DNA of 55,349 nt from an uncultured Gaiellales bacterium. Its GTDB lineage: Bacteria; Actinomycetota; Thermoleophilia; RBG-16-64-13. The translations under genes and the position numbers were made by a program. The notes beneath the pieces are model-generated. The model saw nothing but the letters and a program-made list of their open reading frames with translations, was not told the origin of the DNA and ran no database searches. The first letter of the stretch is position 1. Every line of letters starts with the position of its first letter. Where the stretch lies: NCBI GenBank assembly GCA_964631965.1, contig CAZWAR010000006.1, positions 1 to 55,349 on the forward strand, in the 5' to 3' direction. Below are positions 10,558 through 23,972 of this stretch, piece after piece.

Positions 10558-10807
10558 AGATCGCCACCTCCTTTGCCCGAGAACGCCTCACTGAGATGAT
10601 TCGGGTGCAGCCATCGCGGTGCGTAATGACCGCCGAGTAGTGCTTGCTCCCGATGGCGCCGATGACGAGCGAACGCGGCTCGTCAACCGTCTTCGCCGGA
10701 ATCTCGATCAGAAACTCATCGAGCCACAACTCCTGGGCCGCTACGAAATCGATGCCGTGCTTGGCCGCGTTCGCATCCGACTTCGCTTGATCGAACTCAA
10801 ACTCCAC
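10544..10807 (-). CDS. BrnT-family ribonuclease toxin
   Basis: FEFDQAKSDANAAKHGIDF and RIISVRRSRAKE; toxin-first order typical of BrnTA. Confidence 0.9.
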   Translation of the reverse strand: MEFEFDQAKSDANAAKHGIDFVAAQELWLDEFLIEIPAKTVDEPRSLVIGAIGSKHYSAVITHRDGCTRIISVRRSRAKEVAIYEGD

Positions 10808-10834
10808 CGTGCAGCCCCTCTGTGCGCCGTTACA

Positions 10835-10870
10835 GTATAGAAACTATACCACCGCTACAGGAAGATTCAA
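10835..10870 (-). promoter_or_regulatory. TA promoter TTGAAT-16-TATAGT with overlapping palindrome GTATAG-AAA-CTATAC
   Basis: -35 at 10865-10870, -10 at 10843-10848, perfect 6-bp inverted repeat at 10835-10849. Confidence 0.65.
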
Positions 10871-10967
10871 TCCGGGATCCGGCGACTGCTGTACGCTCAA
10901 CGCCCGGCGCTTCGGCTGCGCCGGAATGACTCGGTGAGCAGATGGCTACTGAGGGGCGGTCATCGTC

Positions 10968-11888
10968 CTACCAATCCCCCAGCGCAAGCCTGGCCACGGC
11001 GACGGCCACCGGCCCCGCGGTCTCGGTGCGCAGCACTCCCCGTCCAAGCCTGGCAGCCTCCAGGCCCGACCGGGTGAGATCCTCCTTTTCCTCCGGTGTC
11101 CAGCCGCTCTCCGGGCCGATCCAGAGACCGACCCCGCGCCATGCGGCGTCGACGGAGGCAGAGCCCCGGCGGATAACCGGCCCGGCGATATCCGTGGGCG
11201 CGGGCGACCGACCGGGGGACACTGCAATGGTGACCAGTTCGTAGAGCGTCAGTGCCGCCCCGGGGTCGAGGAGCACAGGCAGGAGGCGAAGCTTTCTCAC
11301 CCGCTGGAGAGCCTCATCCAGGGAGGAGGCCAGGTCTACGGGAGGAATGGCCGGCTGCTTGCTCTGCTTGGCCGCCTCCCGGACGATGCGTGTCCACCGG
11401 CCGTGCCGCCTCTCTTCCCCACCGGACTGCCGCGGCGACCCGTCCGTCTGTACCAGAATAACGAGACTGACCCCGGCTTCCGTGCTCTTCTCGATGGACC
11501 ATTCCAGGGCGGAGGGACGCACCAACGCCTGCACCAGCGCGACGGTTCGGTCGTAGTGGGCGCCGGCTTCGGGGCCCTCGAGGCGCTTGCCCAGTCGGAG
11601 CCTCACCGCCCGGCCTGCGCGCTCCCCGGCGTCCGGCAACATTTCCGCCGCGTAGACTGCGGCCCCTACCACCGCTTCGGCCTGGTCCCCGGGACGCAGA
11701 CGGAGCACTCGCACAGCGTGTTGGGAGTCTCCGGCATCCAGGGTGACGACGGAGCCCGTCCCGATGTCGGAAGCGCGTACGTCCGCGGAAGCGGAACTGC
11801 CCGCGGTTCGGACTTCGTCGACAGAGCCGGTATTGTGGTCGCCGGGATCGCCTTCCACCACGAAGAAACGGGGACGGAAGCCGGCCAC
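10968..11888 (-). CDS. rsmE: 16S rRNA m3U1498 methyltransferase
   Basis: HAVRVLRLRPG, IEKSTEAG, EAAKQS, IGPESGW, LGRGVLRTETA. Confidence 0.92.
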   Translation of the reverse strand: MAGFRPRFFVVEGDPGDHNTGSVDEVRTAGSSASADVRASDIGTGSVVTLDAGDSQHAVRVLRLRPGDQAEAVVGAAVYAAEMLPDAGERAGRAVRLRLGKRLEGPEAGAHYDRTVALVQALVRPSALEWSIEKSTEAGVSLVILVQTDGSPRQSGGEERRHGRWTRIVREAAKQSKQPAIPPVDLASSLDEALQRVRKLRLLPVLLDPGAALTLYELVTIAVSPGRSPAPTDIAGPVIRRGSASVDAAWRGVGLWIGPESGWTPEEKEDLTRSGLEAARLGRGVLRTETAGPVAVAVARLALGDW

Positions 11889-11896
11889 CCCGTCCC

Positions 11897-13306
11897 CTAG
11901 TCGATCGAAGAAGAGCCGCCGATGGGGGAGAGGGAGACGCCGACCGCCGAGGACGATGCGGAGGTTATTCCCAGCCGGTCCTCGATGAGCTTGAGCGTCG
12001 TATCCACGGTCTCGTCGACTCCCGGCGTCGCCGGATCGTCGGGCGCCACCACGTCGGGTTCGATGCCCTTCTTGTTGATGTCCCGGTCCTTCGGCGTCAG
12101 ATAGACGGCCGTCGTCGCCTTGAGCGCCCCGCCGTTCGAAAGCGGCTCGATGCTCTGCACCAGCCCCTTCCCGAATGTGGTCTCGCCGACAAGAGTCGCC
12201 CGGCCGTAATCCTGCAACGCCCCCGCGACGATCTCCGATGCACTGGCGGTATAGCCATCAGTCAGGACGTAGAGGGGGATGGTGGGATCGGCCCCCCCGG
12301 TGGCCTCGTATATCTGCGTCGGAGAGTGGAGCCCTTCCGTGGTGACGATCACCTGGCCCTCAGGGATGAATATGCTGGCCACGTCCACCGCCTGGTCGAG
12401 CAGGCCGCCGCCATTGCTCCGTAGGTCGAGGATGATGGCGTCGACCTCGTCCACCCCGATGGCCTGCCTGACCGCGGAACTGAGAGCCGCGGCCGATCCC
12501 TGGGAGAAGGTGAAAAAGCCGATGAGAGCCACTCTCTGGTCGCCGGCCTGAAGGATCTTGGTCTCGGTCACCGGGATCTCGATATTCTTCCGGACGAGCG
12601 TGTACTCCTTCGTCTGCCCACCCGGCGGCAGCTGCGACGTATCCGCCTTCTGCAGAAGGTCCGCGGTCGTGGTGGTCTCGCTGCTGTCGGTGGTGTCACC
12701 GCCCCCGGCCGATCCCGCCGTCGTTGTGGTGGTGCTCAGAGCGGACAGCGGGGGTCGGTAGATCGTCACCCCAACCGAGCTGCCCTCGCCACCACCCTTC
12801 ATCTTGGCAACCACTTGGTCCAAGGTCTGGCCGTCGACCGACAGACCATCGACCGCGGTCACGATGTCGCCGGCCTGAATGCCCGCCAGGTCGGCGGGAC
12901 TCTGCTTGAACGTCGAGACGATGGTGACCAGTCCGTCCTTCATCTCCACGGTCATACCGAGCCCCGTATACGATCCGGAAGTGCTCTCCCTGAATGCGGC
13001 GTACTCTTCGGGATCCCAGTACACCGTGTATGGATCGTCCAAGGCGGCCACCATTCCGTCGATAGCCGCAGCCTGGAGTTTCTGGTCGTCGACCGCCTCG
13101 TAGTAGGTGGAGTCAAGCTTGTCGAGGATCTCGAGCTGCAGCGCGTCCGAATCCCCCGACTGCGTGCTGCCCACGACAGGAAACAGACCCCGCAGTGCCG
13201 ACCCCAGGTCGTCCCGGGCTCCGAGCAGAAACCCGCCTGAGACCAGGAGAACGGCGGCGATCAAGCCCCCGAGAACGAGCAGCGGTATCTTCAGGCTTCT
13301 TCGCAT
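11897..13306 (-). CDS. S41 carboxyl-terminal processing protease (CtpA-like)
   Basis: N-terminal TM, PDZ (GLGM), ILDLRSNGGG, TASASEI, TFGKGLVQ; Thr-rich insertion. Confidence 0.92.
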   Translation of the reverse strand: MRRSLKIPLLVLGGLIAAVLLVSGGFLLGARDDLGSALRGLFPVVGSTQSGDSDALQLEILDKLDSTYYEAVDDQKLQAAAIDGMVAALDDPYTVYWDPEEYAAFRESTSGSYTGLGMTVEMKDGLVTIVSTFKQSPADLAGIQAGDIVTAVDGLSVDGQTLDQVVAKMKGGGEGSSVGVTIYRPPLSALSTTTTTAGSAGGGDTTDSSETTTTADLLQKADTSQLPPGGQTKEYTLVRKNIEIPVTETKILQAGDQRVALIGFFTFSQGSAAALSSAVRQAIGVDEVDAIILDLRSNGGGLLDQAVDVASIFIPEGQVIVTTEGLHSPTQIYEATGGADPTIPLYVLTDGYTASASEIVAGALQDYGRATLVGETTFGKGLVQSIEPLSNGGALKATTAVYLTPKDRDINKKGIEPDVVAPDDPATPGVDETVDTTLKLIEDRLGITSASSSAVGVSLSPIGGSSSID

Positions 13307-13374
13307 GGGTGCAAAGGATACCCCACCGTGTGACTACCCATTCGACGCCGAGGAAGGGGCGACTTGCCCAGCGC

Positions 13375-14259
13375 CTACACCTTCAGGAACCGGCGCAGCC
13401 CGAGACCCGAGCCGAGAGCGCCAATGACCACACCCACCGCAAGAAGGACGAGAGCGACCGCCGCGTATGGCACAGCGTCCAGCGGGACCGTCATGAAGGT
13501 GAGACTGGCGCTGATCTTCGACACGAGAACGCTGTTCAGCACAAGCACGACAACCGCCGCGAGGACGGCTCCCACCAGGCCGACGGTGACTCCTTCGATG
13601 ACGAAAGGCCACCTGATGAACCAGTTCGTAGCCCCCACGAGCTTCATGATCTCCACCTCTCGCTTCCGGGCGAAGATGGAGAGGCGGATGGTATTGGAGA
13701 TGAGCAGCACCGCCACGACTCCCAGGAGGACGATGAAGCCCAACAGGGAGTTGCGCACGATGGACGTTATCCGGAACAGCTTGTCCTTGATCTCTTTGCC
13801 ATACTGGACCTCGTCCACGATGGTGCTACCGTCGAAGCGGGCGGCGACATCATCCACGGTCTTCGGGTCCACCAGAGAGATCTCGAACTTCCCTGGAAGC
13901 GGGTTGCCGGTAAGGCCTTCGAGTATCTCCGGGTCGTCCTTGAAGTCCTCCTTCAGAATCTCGAGAGCCTGTTGCTTGTCGATGAAATCGAGGCTCTTCA
14001 CTTCCGGCCAGGACAGGATCTCGGCCTGCAACGCGTCGATCTCCTCCTGGTCGGGGTCGGGATCGGTCTTGAGGAACACCGAGATCTCGACCTTCTGTTC
14101 CACTTCGGAAAGGAGCGCGTCCGTGGTGTAGACGAACGCGAGCACGCCTCCGAGCACGACCATGCACAAGAAGACCGTCACCAGAGCGGCGATGGTCATG
14201 AAGTAGTTCCTGCGCAGAGATCCGAAAGCTTCCTTCAGGAAGAAGCTAATCCTCGCCAT
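13375..14259 (-). CDS. ftsX: Cell division permease FtsX
   Basis: ISNTIRLSIFARKREVEIMKLVGATNWFIRWPF; ATG 14259 after GAGGTG. Confidence 0.93.
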   Translation of the reverse strand: MARISFFLKEAFGSLRRNYFMTIAALVTVFLCMVVLGGVLAFVYTTDALLSEVEQKVEISVFLKTDPDPDQEEIDALQAEILSWPEVKSLDFIDKQQALEILKEDFKDDPEILEGLTGNPLPGKFEISLVDPKTVDDVAARFDGSTIVDEVQYGKEIKDKLFRITSIVRNSLLGFIVLLGVVAVLLISNTIRLSIFARKREVEIMKLVGATNWFIRWPFVIEGVTVGLVGAVLAAVVVLVLNSVLVSKISASLTFMTVPLDAVPYAAVALVLLAVGVVIGALGSGLGLRRFLKV

Positions 14260-14929
14260 ACCCACCTCGTTTCTGATCGCGCACGACCTTCCCATCCTCG
14301 AGCGCGATCACGCGCCGGCGCATGCGGTCCACCATCTCGCGGTCGTGCGTGGCCATGAGCACGGTGGTACCGGTCTTGTTGATGCGGTAGAGCAACTGCA
14401 TGATGCCCATGGAGGTCTCTGGGTCGAGGTTCCCCGTGGGTTCGTCGGCGATGAGGAGAGGAGGATGGTTGACGAACGCACGGGCGATCGACACACGCTG
14501 CTGCTCCCCGCCGGAGAGTTCGTTGGGCAGGCTGCTCACCTTATGCGAGAGACCGACGAGGCTGAGGATCTCGAGGGCCTTCTTCTTCGAGTCGTGATTG
14601 GCGCCTCCGGTCACGAGAAGCGCGTACATGACGTTCTCGAAGGCACTCTTGCTGGGGAGAAGCTTGAAATCCTGAAACACACATCCGATGTTGCGCCGCA
14701 GGTAGGGGACTTTCCAGCTTCGCAAGGTGGCAAGGTCCCGCCCACCTACGCTAACCCGTCCGCGGTCGGGTTCCAATTCTCTGATGAGCAGACGGATGAA
14801 CGTGGATTTTCCCGAGCCGGACGGCCCCACGAGGAATACGAACTCGCCCTTTTCGATGTGAAGACTCACCTTCTCGAGCCCGATAGTGCTCGGAGGATAG
14901 ATCTTCGTTACGTCTTCGAACTTGATCAC
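14246..14929 (-). CDS. ftsE: Cell division ATP-binding protein FtsE
   Basis: [32 protein letters not shown]. Confidence 0.95.
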   Translation of the reverse strand: MIKFEDVTKIYPPSTIGLEKVSLHIEKGEFVFLVGPSGSGKSTFIRLLIRELEPDRGRVSVGGRDLATLRSWKVPYLRRNIGCVFQDFKLLPSKSAFENVMYALLVTGGANHDSKKKALEILSLVGLSHKVSSLPNELSGGEQQRVSIARAFVNHPPLLIADEPTGNLDPETSMGIMQLLYRINKTGTTVLMATHDREMVDRMRRRVIALEDGKVVRDQKRGGYGED

Positions 14930-15116
14930 ATGCTACCTACGACTTCCTTCTGAGGACACCCTCACAACTATTCTCTGGGATTCGGCAGATACCTGCCGCC
15001 TGAGAAGCTCTCCTCGGAGTGTTTGTCGCCCCTCCCACCGGCTCGGTTCCAGTAACCGGTCAAGTGCCGGCCCGGCTGGCGCCCGCCGACGCGATCGATG
15101 CAGACGAAGCTCCGCG

Positions 15117-16278
15117 TCATCGCTCGCCCAGCCTACCTGTGGACCTCTGCCATACGTATTCGCGTATGAAATCGTCGATGGCCCCGTCGAGGACCGCCTC
15201 TACGTTGCCCTTCTCGAAATTGGTTCGATGATCCTTCACCATGGTGTACGGCGCCAGTACGTACGAACGTATCTGACTGCCCCAGGCGATCTCCCTCTGC
15301 TCGCCCTTCTCCTTGGCCAATTCCTGCTCGCGCTTCTCGTGCTCGAGAAGGAGCAGCTTGCCCCGCAGCATGCGCATCGCGGTCTCGCGGTTCTGGATCT
15401 GCGACCGCTCGTTCTGGCACTGCACCACGGTCTTGGTGGGGACGTGGGTGATGCGTACCGCCGAGTCGGTCTTGTTCACATGCTGGCCGCCCGCTCCCGA
15501 GGAACGGTAGGTCTCCACCCGGAGGTCCTTCTCGTCGATGTCGAGAGTCACGTCCCCCTCGATCAGCGGGGTCACGTCCACAGAAGCGAACGAAGTGTGG
15601 CGCCTGCTCGCCGAGTCGAACGGCGAGATGCGCACCAGTCGGTGGACGCCGCGCTCGGTGGACATCAGACCATACGCGTTCTCGCCGTGGATGGTGAAGG
15701 TGACACTCTTGATCCCGGCCTCTTCCCCCTCGCTGGCCTCGTTCAACTCCACAGCGAAGCCCCGCTTCTCCGCCCAGCGCAGGTACATCCGCAGCAGCAT
15801 CTCGGCCCAATCCTGGCTCTCAGTGCCACCCGCCCCCGGGTGGATGCTGACGATGGCGTCGCCCGCGTCGAACTCCCCGGTGAACAGCCGCTGCTCTTCG
15901 AGGGCCTCGAGCGCGCTTCCGGTCTCGTCCGCCAACCGTTCCACGTCGCCCGCCAGTTCGGCGGGCACTGCGTCCCCGTCGGTCTCCTCGCCCGCCATTT
16001 CGAGCAGCACCCCGAAGTCATCCACTTGCGAGGCCAGCTTCTCGTACAGTTCCAGCCGGTTCTTCAAGCGGCTGTAGCGGGTGCTCAGCTCTTGCGCGTG
16101 GTTCTGATCGTCCCAGAAGCCAGGGGCACGCATCGCCTCCTCGAGGGAAGCGATGTCCCGCGTCAATGAGGCGGGGTCAAAGATACTCCCTTGCCCAGAG
16201 CAGCTTATCGCGGAAGATCCCCAGAAGCTCGCGGTACTCGGCCAGGGAGGAAGTCTTGCTCTCGGTCTTCTCAGCCAT
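15117..16278 (-). CDS. prfB: Peptide chain release factor 2, translated via +1 frameshift (16278-16180 joined to 16178-15117)
   Basis: SPF and GGQ motifs; 33-codon first frame ends CTT TGA C and the +1 frame continues DPASL. Confidence 0.95.
16176..16191 (-). promoter_or_regulatory. RF2 autoregulatory +1 frameshift cassette
   Basis: AGGGAG-TAT-CTT-TGA-C, same layout as E. coli AGGGGG-TAT-CTT-TGA-C. Confidence 0.92.
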
Positions 16279-16323
16279 ATGCAGGGGGGATTATAGCCTA
16301 CGCGCGAGGAAGCGGCGCCTCCA

Positions 16324-18945
<2,622 letters not shown>

Positions 18946-19024
18946 GCCAATTCACGCCTACCTATGCCGGGCGGCCAGGCTGTATGTGTTCCCCGGCTCG
19001 AGGCCGGGCGGGCGGCAACATCGG

Positions 19025-19588
19025 TCAGGATTGCGCCTCGATGAGCCCGTAGTTCCCGTCGCGGCGGCGATAGACCACCGCGGTCTCGTTCGTCTCCGAG
19101 TTGGTGAAAACGAAGAAGTCGTGTCCCACCAGTTCCAGTTGCAGCGCCGCTTCCTCGGGGCTCATAGGTTTGACCATGAACTGCTTGGTCTTCACGATAC
19201 GAGGCTGGTTCGCTTCTTCCTCCGTCTCCTCGGCTTCAGCCGGCAAGGCGAAGCCCTGCGAGGCGAAGGTACCCATATCGGGCCCCTGGTGCGACACCAT
19301 CTTGCCTCGGTACTTCTTGACCTGGCGCTCCAGCTTGTCGAACACGAGGTCGATGGAGGCACGGACGTCCGGAGACGCCTCCCGCGCCCGGATGACCGGA
19401 CCTTTCGTGAAAATGGTAGCTTCCACGACCTGGTTATCAGAGATGCTCGGGTTCTTTTCCGTCCAGATCTCCACCTCACACCGGGTCCCGTCGGCGAGGT
19501 ATTTGCTCAGCCTCCCGATCTTCTCCTCGGCGTATGTGCTGATGGCCTCGGTGAGAACGAGATTCCTGCCTTTGACCGTGAGGTTCAC
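19025..19588 (-). CDS. hpf: Ribosome hibernation promoting factor (long HPF)
   Basis: YAEEKIGRL, DKLERQVKKY, C-terminal KPMSPEEAALQLELVGHDFFVF; GTG 19588 after AAGGAG; TATAAT at 19632-19637. Confidence 0.93.
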   Translation of the reverse strand: MNLTVKGRNLVLTEAISTYAEEKIGRLSKYLADGTRCEVEIWTEKNPSISDNQVVEATIFTKGPVIRAREASPDVRASIDLVFDKLERQVKKYRGKMVSHQGPDMGTFASQGFALPAEAEETEEEANQPRIVKTKQFMVKPMSPEEAALQLELVGHDFFVFTNSETNETAVVYRRRDGNYGLIEAQS

Positions 19589-19673
19589 GCGGGTAATGCT
19601 CCTTGTGTAGTTGGAAATGAAATCCCCACCTATTATAGCCCCCGGCCTGAGCGGTCGGTCAGGCTCAGGCGTC

Positions 19674-20456
19674 TCAGTCATGCCCTTCGCCGCTGCCCGA
19701 CACCGCCCGCGAGAAGGTGAAGGCATATACAGGTATCCCCATCCCAGCGGCCAGAACACGCGCCACCTCCTGGGTGGTCGCCCCTGTGGTGTATACGTCG
19801 TCAACGAGGATCAGGGACGTCGGCCGAGGCCCTAGGGCCCGTACGACCTTCTCGTCGAGGATGAACGCCCCGTGGAGGTTGGCCTGCCTCCCTGCCTTCC
19901 CCAGCGCCTTCTGATGCCTTGTCTTCACAGGCTTGCCGGCCAGATCGGCCGCGGCGAGGGCAGGCCGGCAACCTCCGGCCAGAGCCCGAGCTAGAAGCTC
20001 GGCCTGGTTGTATCCCCGCTCCCGTCGGTCCGACGCGTGAGCAGGCACCCAGGTCACGAGCGGCCTGCCTCCTGTGGCCTCTTGCGCATCCGCCACCAGT
20101 TCGGCGAAGGTCTCTGCCGCCAGCCGAGCCATGAGAGAGCCCAGCACAGACTGCCCGCCCGCCTTGAACTCCACCACCATCCGCTTAGCCGGACCGGTGT
20201 GTGTGAAGGCGCTGCGGGCCCCGGCGTAGGCGAATTCCAGGCCCATGCAGTGGGAGCAGCGCCCTCCTGCACGCGGTCGTGGACCCGGCTCCCCGCAACG
20301 AGGACAGCAATCGCTTCCGATAGGCGTGAGCTCCGTCTCGCACGAAGGACACAGGTGGTACTCGAAATCCCCGCAGTTCACGCACCGAGGCGGGAACAGC
20401 ACGGAGGCGACCGGCTCGAGCACCGCCTCGCGCAAGCGACGGACAATCCCGGTCAT
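19674..20456 (-). CDS. ComF-family phosphoribosyltransferase-like protein
   Basis: LFPPRCVNC double zinc ribbon, RGYNQAELLA, LVDDVYTTGAT; start uncertain. Confidence 0.88.
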   Translation of the reverse strand: MTGIVRRLREAVLEPVASVLFPPRCVNCGDFEYHLCPSCETELTPIGSDCCPRCGEPGPRPRAGGRCSHCMGLEFAYAGARSAFTHTGPAKRMVVEFKAGGQSVLGSLMARLAAETFAELVADAQEATGGRPLVTWVPAHASDRRERGYNQAELLARALAGGCRPALAAADLAGKPVKTRHQKALGKAGRQANLHGAFILDEKVVRALGPRPTSLILVDDVYTTGATTQEVARVLAAGMGIPVYAFTFSRAVSGSGEGHD

Positions 20457-20514
20457 GCCGGCCGACTGGGTGACGCCGGTCAGCGCATGCCGGTCCTGGA
20501 GTGGAAGGCCGGCC

Positions 20515-21513
20515 TCACGGCCCATCTGCGCGGCCTGGCTTCTGGCCGACGATGCCCTCCACGATGACCGACCCGGGCGTGATCTGAGAGCCGGGCAGGA
20601 CCACCGCCCGAACTATGTGGGCTCCGACACCCACGACTGTGCGGTCCCCCAGCACGGTCGGCCCCTCGATGACTGAGTCCTTCGCCACGATGCAGTCCCG
20701 GCCGATCACTACAGGCGGCTCGACGCCTGCTGAAGCGTCCACCGATGCACCCTCGTCGACCCACAGGCCCGGGCTCACCTCGACCCCGGGCAGTTCCACC
20801 TTCACCCTGCCGCTCAGAGCGTCAGCGTTACCCCTGGCGAACTCGACGAGGTTGCCGACGTCGCTCCAATACCCCTCGAACGTGTGTACATGGAAGGGGA
20901 TGTCAGCTTCGAGCATGTCCGGGAAGAGCCGGCTCCCAAAGTCGTCGAACTGCCCGGCGGGCATGAGGGAGAAGATCTCCGGTTCGAATACGTAGATGCC
21001 GCAGTTGCACAGCAACGAGCGGGCCTCCTCCCGGCTCGGCTTCTCCTGGAAACCGACCACCCGGCCATCGTTGTCGACGACGACGACCCCATAGAGGCTC
21101 GGGTCGGCCACTTCCTTGACGGCGATGGTCGCGATGGACCCGGTGCGCCGGTGCGCGGCGACCAGGCCGGTGAGATCGATATCGGTGAGGGCATCCCCGC
21201 TCATGATAAGGAATGTCCCGGTACCCAGGAAGTCCTCGTTCTTCTTGACCCCGCCGGCGGTACCGAGCAGTTCCGGCTCATAGGAGTACCGGATGTCGAG
21301 CCCGACAGAGGACCCGTCGCCCAGATAGCCGGTTATGGCCTCGGGCAAGTGGTGCAGGTTCAGCACCACTTCGCTGTAACCGTGGCGTTTCAGCAACCGC
21401 AGGATGTGGTGGATCACCGGCCTGTTGGCCACCGGTGCCATCGGTTTGGGAAGGAGATCGGTGACAGGTCGCAACCGCGTCCCTTTGCCTGCTGCCATGA
21501 CCATCGCTCTCAT
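20515..21513 (-). CDS. NDP-sugar synthase (mannose-1-phosphate guanylyltransferase-like)
   Basis: MAAGKGTRLRP, PKPM, LGTAGG, FQEKP, YWSDVG, C-terminal hexapeptide repeats. Confidence 0.88.
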   Translation of the reverse strand: MRAMVMAAGKGTRLRPVTDLLPKPMAPVANRPVIHHILRLLKRHGYSEVVLNLHHLPEAITGYLGDGSSVGLDIRYSYEPELLGTAGGVKKNEDFLGTGTFLIMSGDALTDIDLTGLVAAHRRTGSIATIAVKEVADPSLYGVVVVDNDGRVVGFQEKPSREEARSLLCNCGIYVFEPEIFSLMPAGQFDDFGSRLFPDMLEADIPFHVHTFEGYWSDVGNLVEFARGNADALSGRVKVELPGVEVSPGLWVDEGASVDASAGVEPPVVIGRDCIVAKDSVIEGPTVLGDRTVVGVGAHIVRAVVLPGSQITPGSVIVEGIVGQKPGRADGP

Positions 21514-22682
21514 GCAAGCGCCTCCAGACTTTCGATGAAGGGCGGACGTGCCACCCCCCTTTCAGTGATGATGGCGGCTATGTTGGCTGCGGGGGTCACG
21601 TCGAAGGCCGGGTTGCGCACGCTGACGTTCCACGGCGCCCAACGCACCCCGCCGAAGCCGGTGACCTCGGTCTCGGCCCGCTCCTCGATGGGGATGGCGT
21701 CACCGCCTGGCAGAGACAGGTCGACCGTCGAGAAGGGCGCCGCCACATAGAACGGGATGCCGTGTTCCCGGGCCAGCACCGACACCATGTAGGTGCCGAT
21801 CTTGTTTGCCGTGTCGCCATTCGCTGCGATGCGATCGGCCCCCACCACCACATGGGTGATGAGCCCCTGTTTCATGAAATGGCCCGACATGTTATCGGTT
21901 ATCAGTTCCACCGGTATACCCTCGCGTACCAGCTCCCACGCCGTCAGCCGCGCGCCCTGCAAGAGCGGCCGGGTCTCGTCGGCGAACACCCGCAGCCTCG
22001 GGTTGCGGGCATAGGCGGAGCGGATGACACCCAGGGCCGTCCCGTACCCAGCCGTGGCGAGAGCCCCCGCATTGCAGTGCGTGAGCACCACCGGCTGCTC
22101 CCCTGTGATCAGGTCCGCCCCGTACTCGCCGATGGCATGGCACGAAGCCAGGTCCTCCTCGAAGATCTCGACCGCCCGCCGCTCGAGAGCCTCCGTGATC
22201 TCCAAAGGCGAAAGGTCGGCTCGGCTCCAGATGCACTCCATCTCTCGAAGCGCCCAGGGAAGATTAACCGCCGTGGGCCGGGTTTCGAATAGGGCTTTGG
22301 ACGCAGCCTGCATTGCCGCCCCGAAGCGAGCCCCATCGCCCGCGCTCTCTTCCAAAGCGGCTCGGGCGGCCAGGGCCATAGCCATACCGCCGGCAACTCC
22401 AAGAGCGGGAGCGCCGCGGACGGTCATATTGCGGATGGCTTCCGCCAGTTCTTGCCACGTGTGGCAGTGTAGCTCCACCTCTTCGAGGGGGAGGCGCCTC
22501 TGGTCGAGGAGCACCACCGCTCCGTCCCGCCACAGCACCGGGCGGATATTGTCGACGGCCTTTAGGCGGGAGCCGCCCTCCAGGCGCGCACCACCACCCG
22601 GGCGGGAGCCGCGCTCCGCGCAAAGGCCGCCGTCGGGACGGGGACCGCCGGCAGCCGGCGCTGCGGGGTCCATCCCAGCCAT
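21510..22682 (-). CDS. mtnA: Methylthioribose-1-phosphate isomerase
   Basis: VRGAPALG, RPTAVNL, THCNAGALAT, DETRPLLQGARLT, GDTANKIGTY; low-complexity N-terminus, start uncertain (22682 or 22673). Confidence 0.92.
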   Translation of the reverse strand: MAGMDPAAPAAGGPRPDGGLCAERGSRPGGGARLEGGSRLKAVDNIRPVLWRDGAVVLLDQRRLPLEEVELHCHTWQELAEAIRNMTVRGAPALGVAGGMAMALAARAALEESAGDGARFGAAMQAASKALFETRPTAVNLPWALREMECIWSRADLSPLEITEALERRAVEIFEEDLASCHAIGEYGADLITGEQPVVLTHCNAGALATAGYGTALGVIRSAYARNPRLRVFADETRPLLQGARLTAWELVREGIPVELITDNMSGHFMKQGLITHVVVGADRIAANGDTANKIGTYMVSVLAREHGIPFYVAAPFSTVDLSLPGGDAIPIEERAETEVTGFGGVRWAPWNVSVRNPAFDVTPAANIAAIITERGVARPPFIESLEALA

Positions 22683-22683
22683 C

Positions 22684-23958
<1,275 letters not shown>

Positions 23959-23972
23959 TCAAGCCTCTTGGC

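Noticed and set aside
14999-15013. Glycine-riboswitch-like words (GGAGAG, TCTCAGG) upstream of ftsE
   Set aside because: Motifs are adjacent with no room for the aptamer stems; context unrelated
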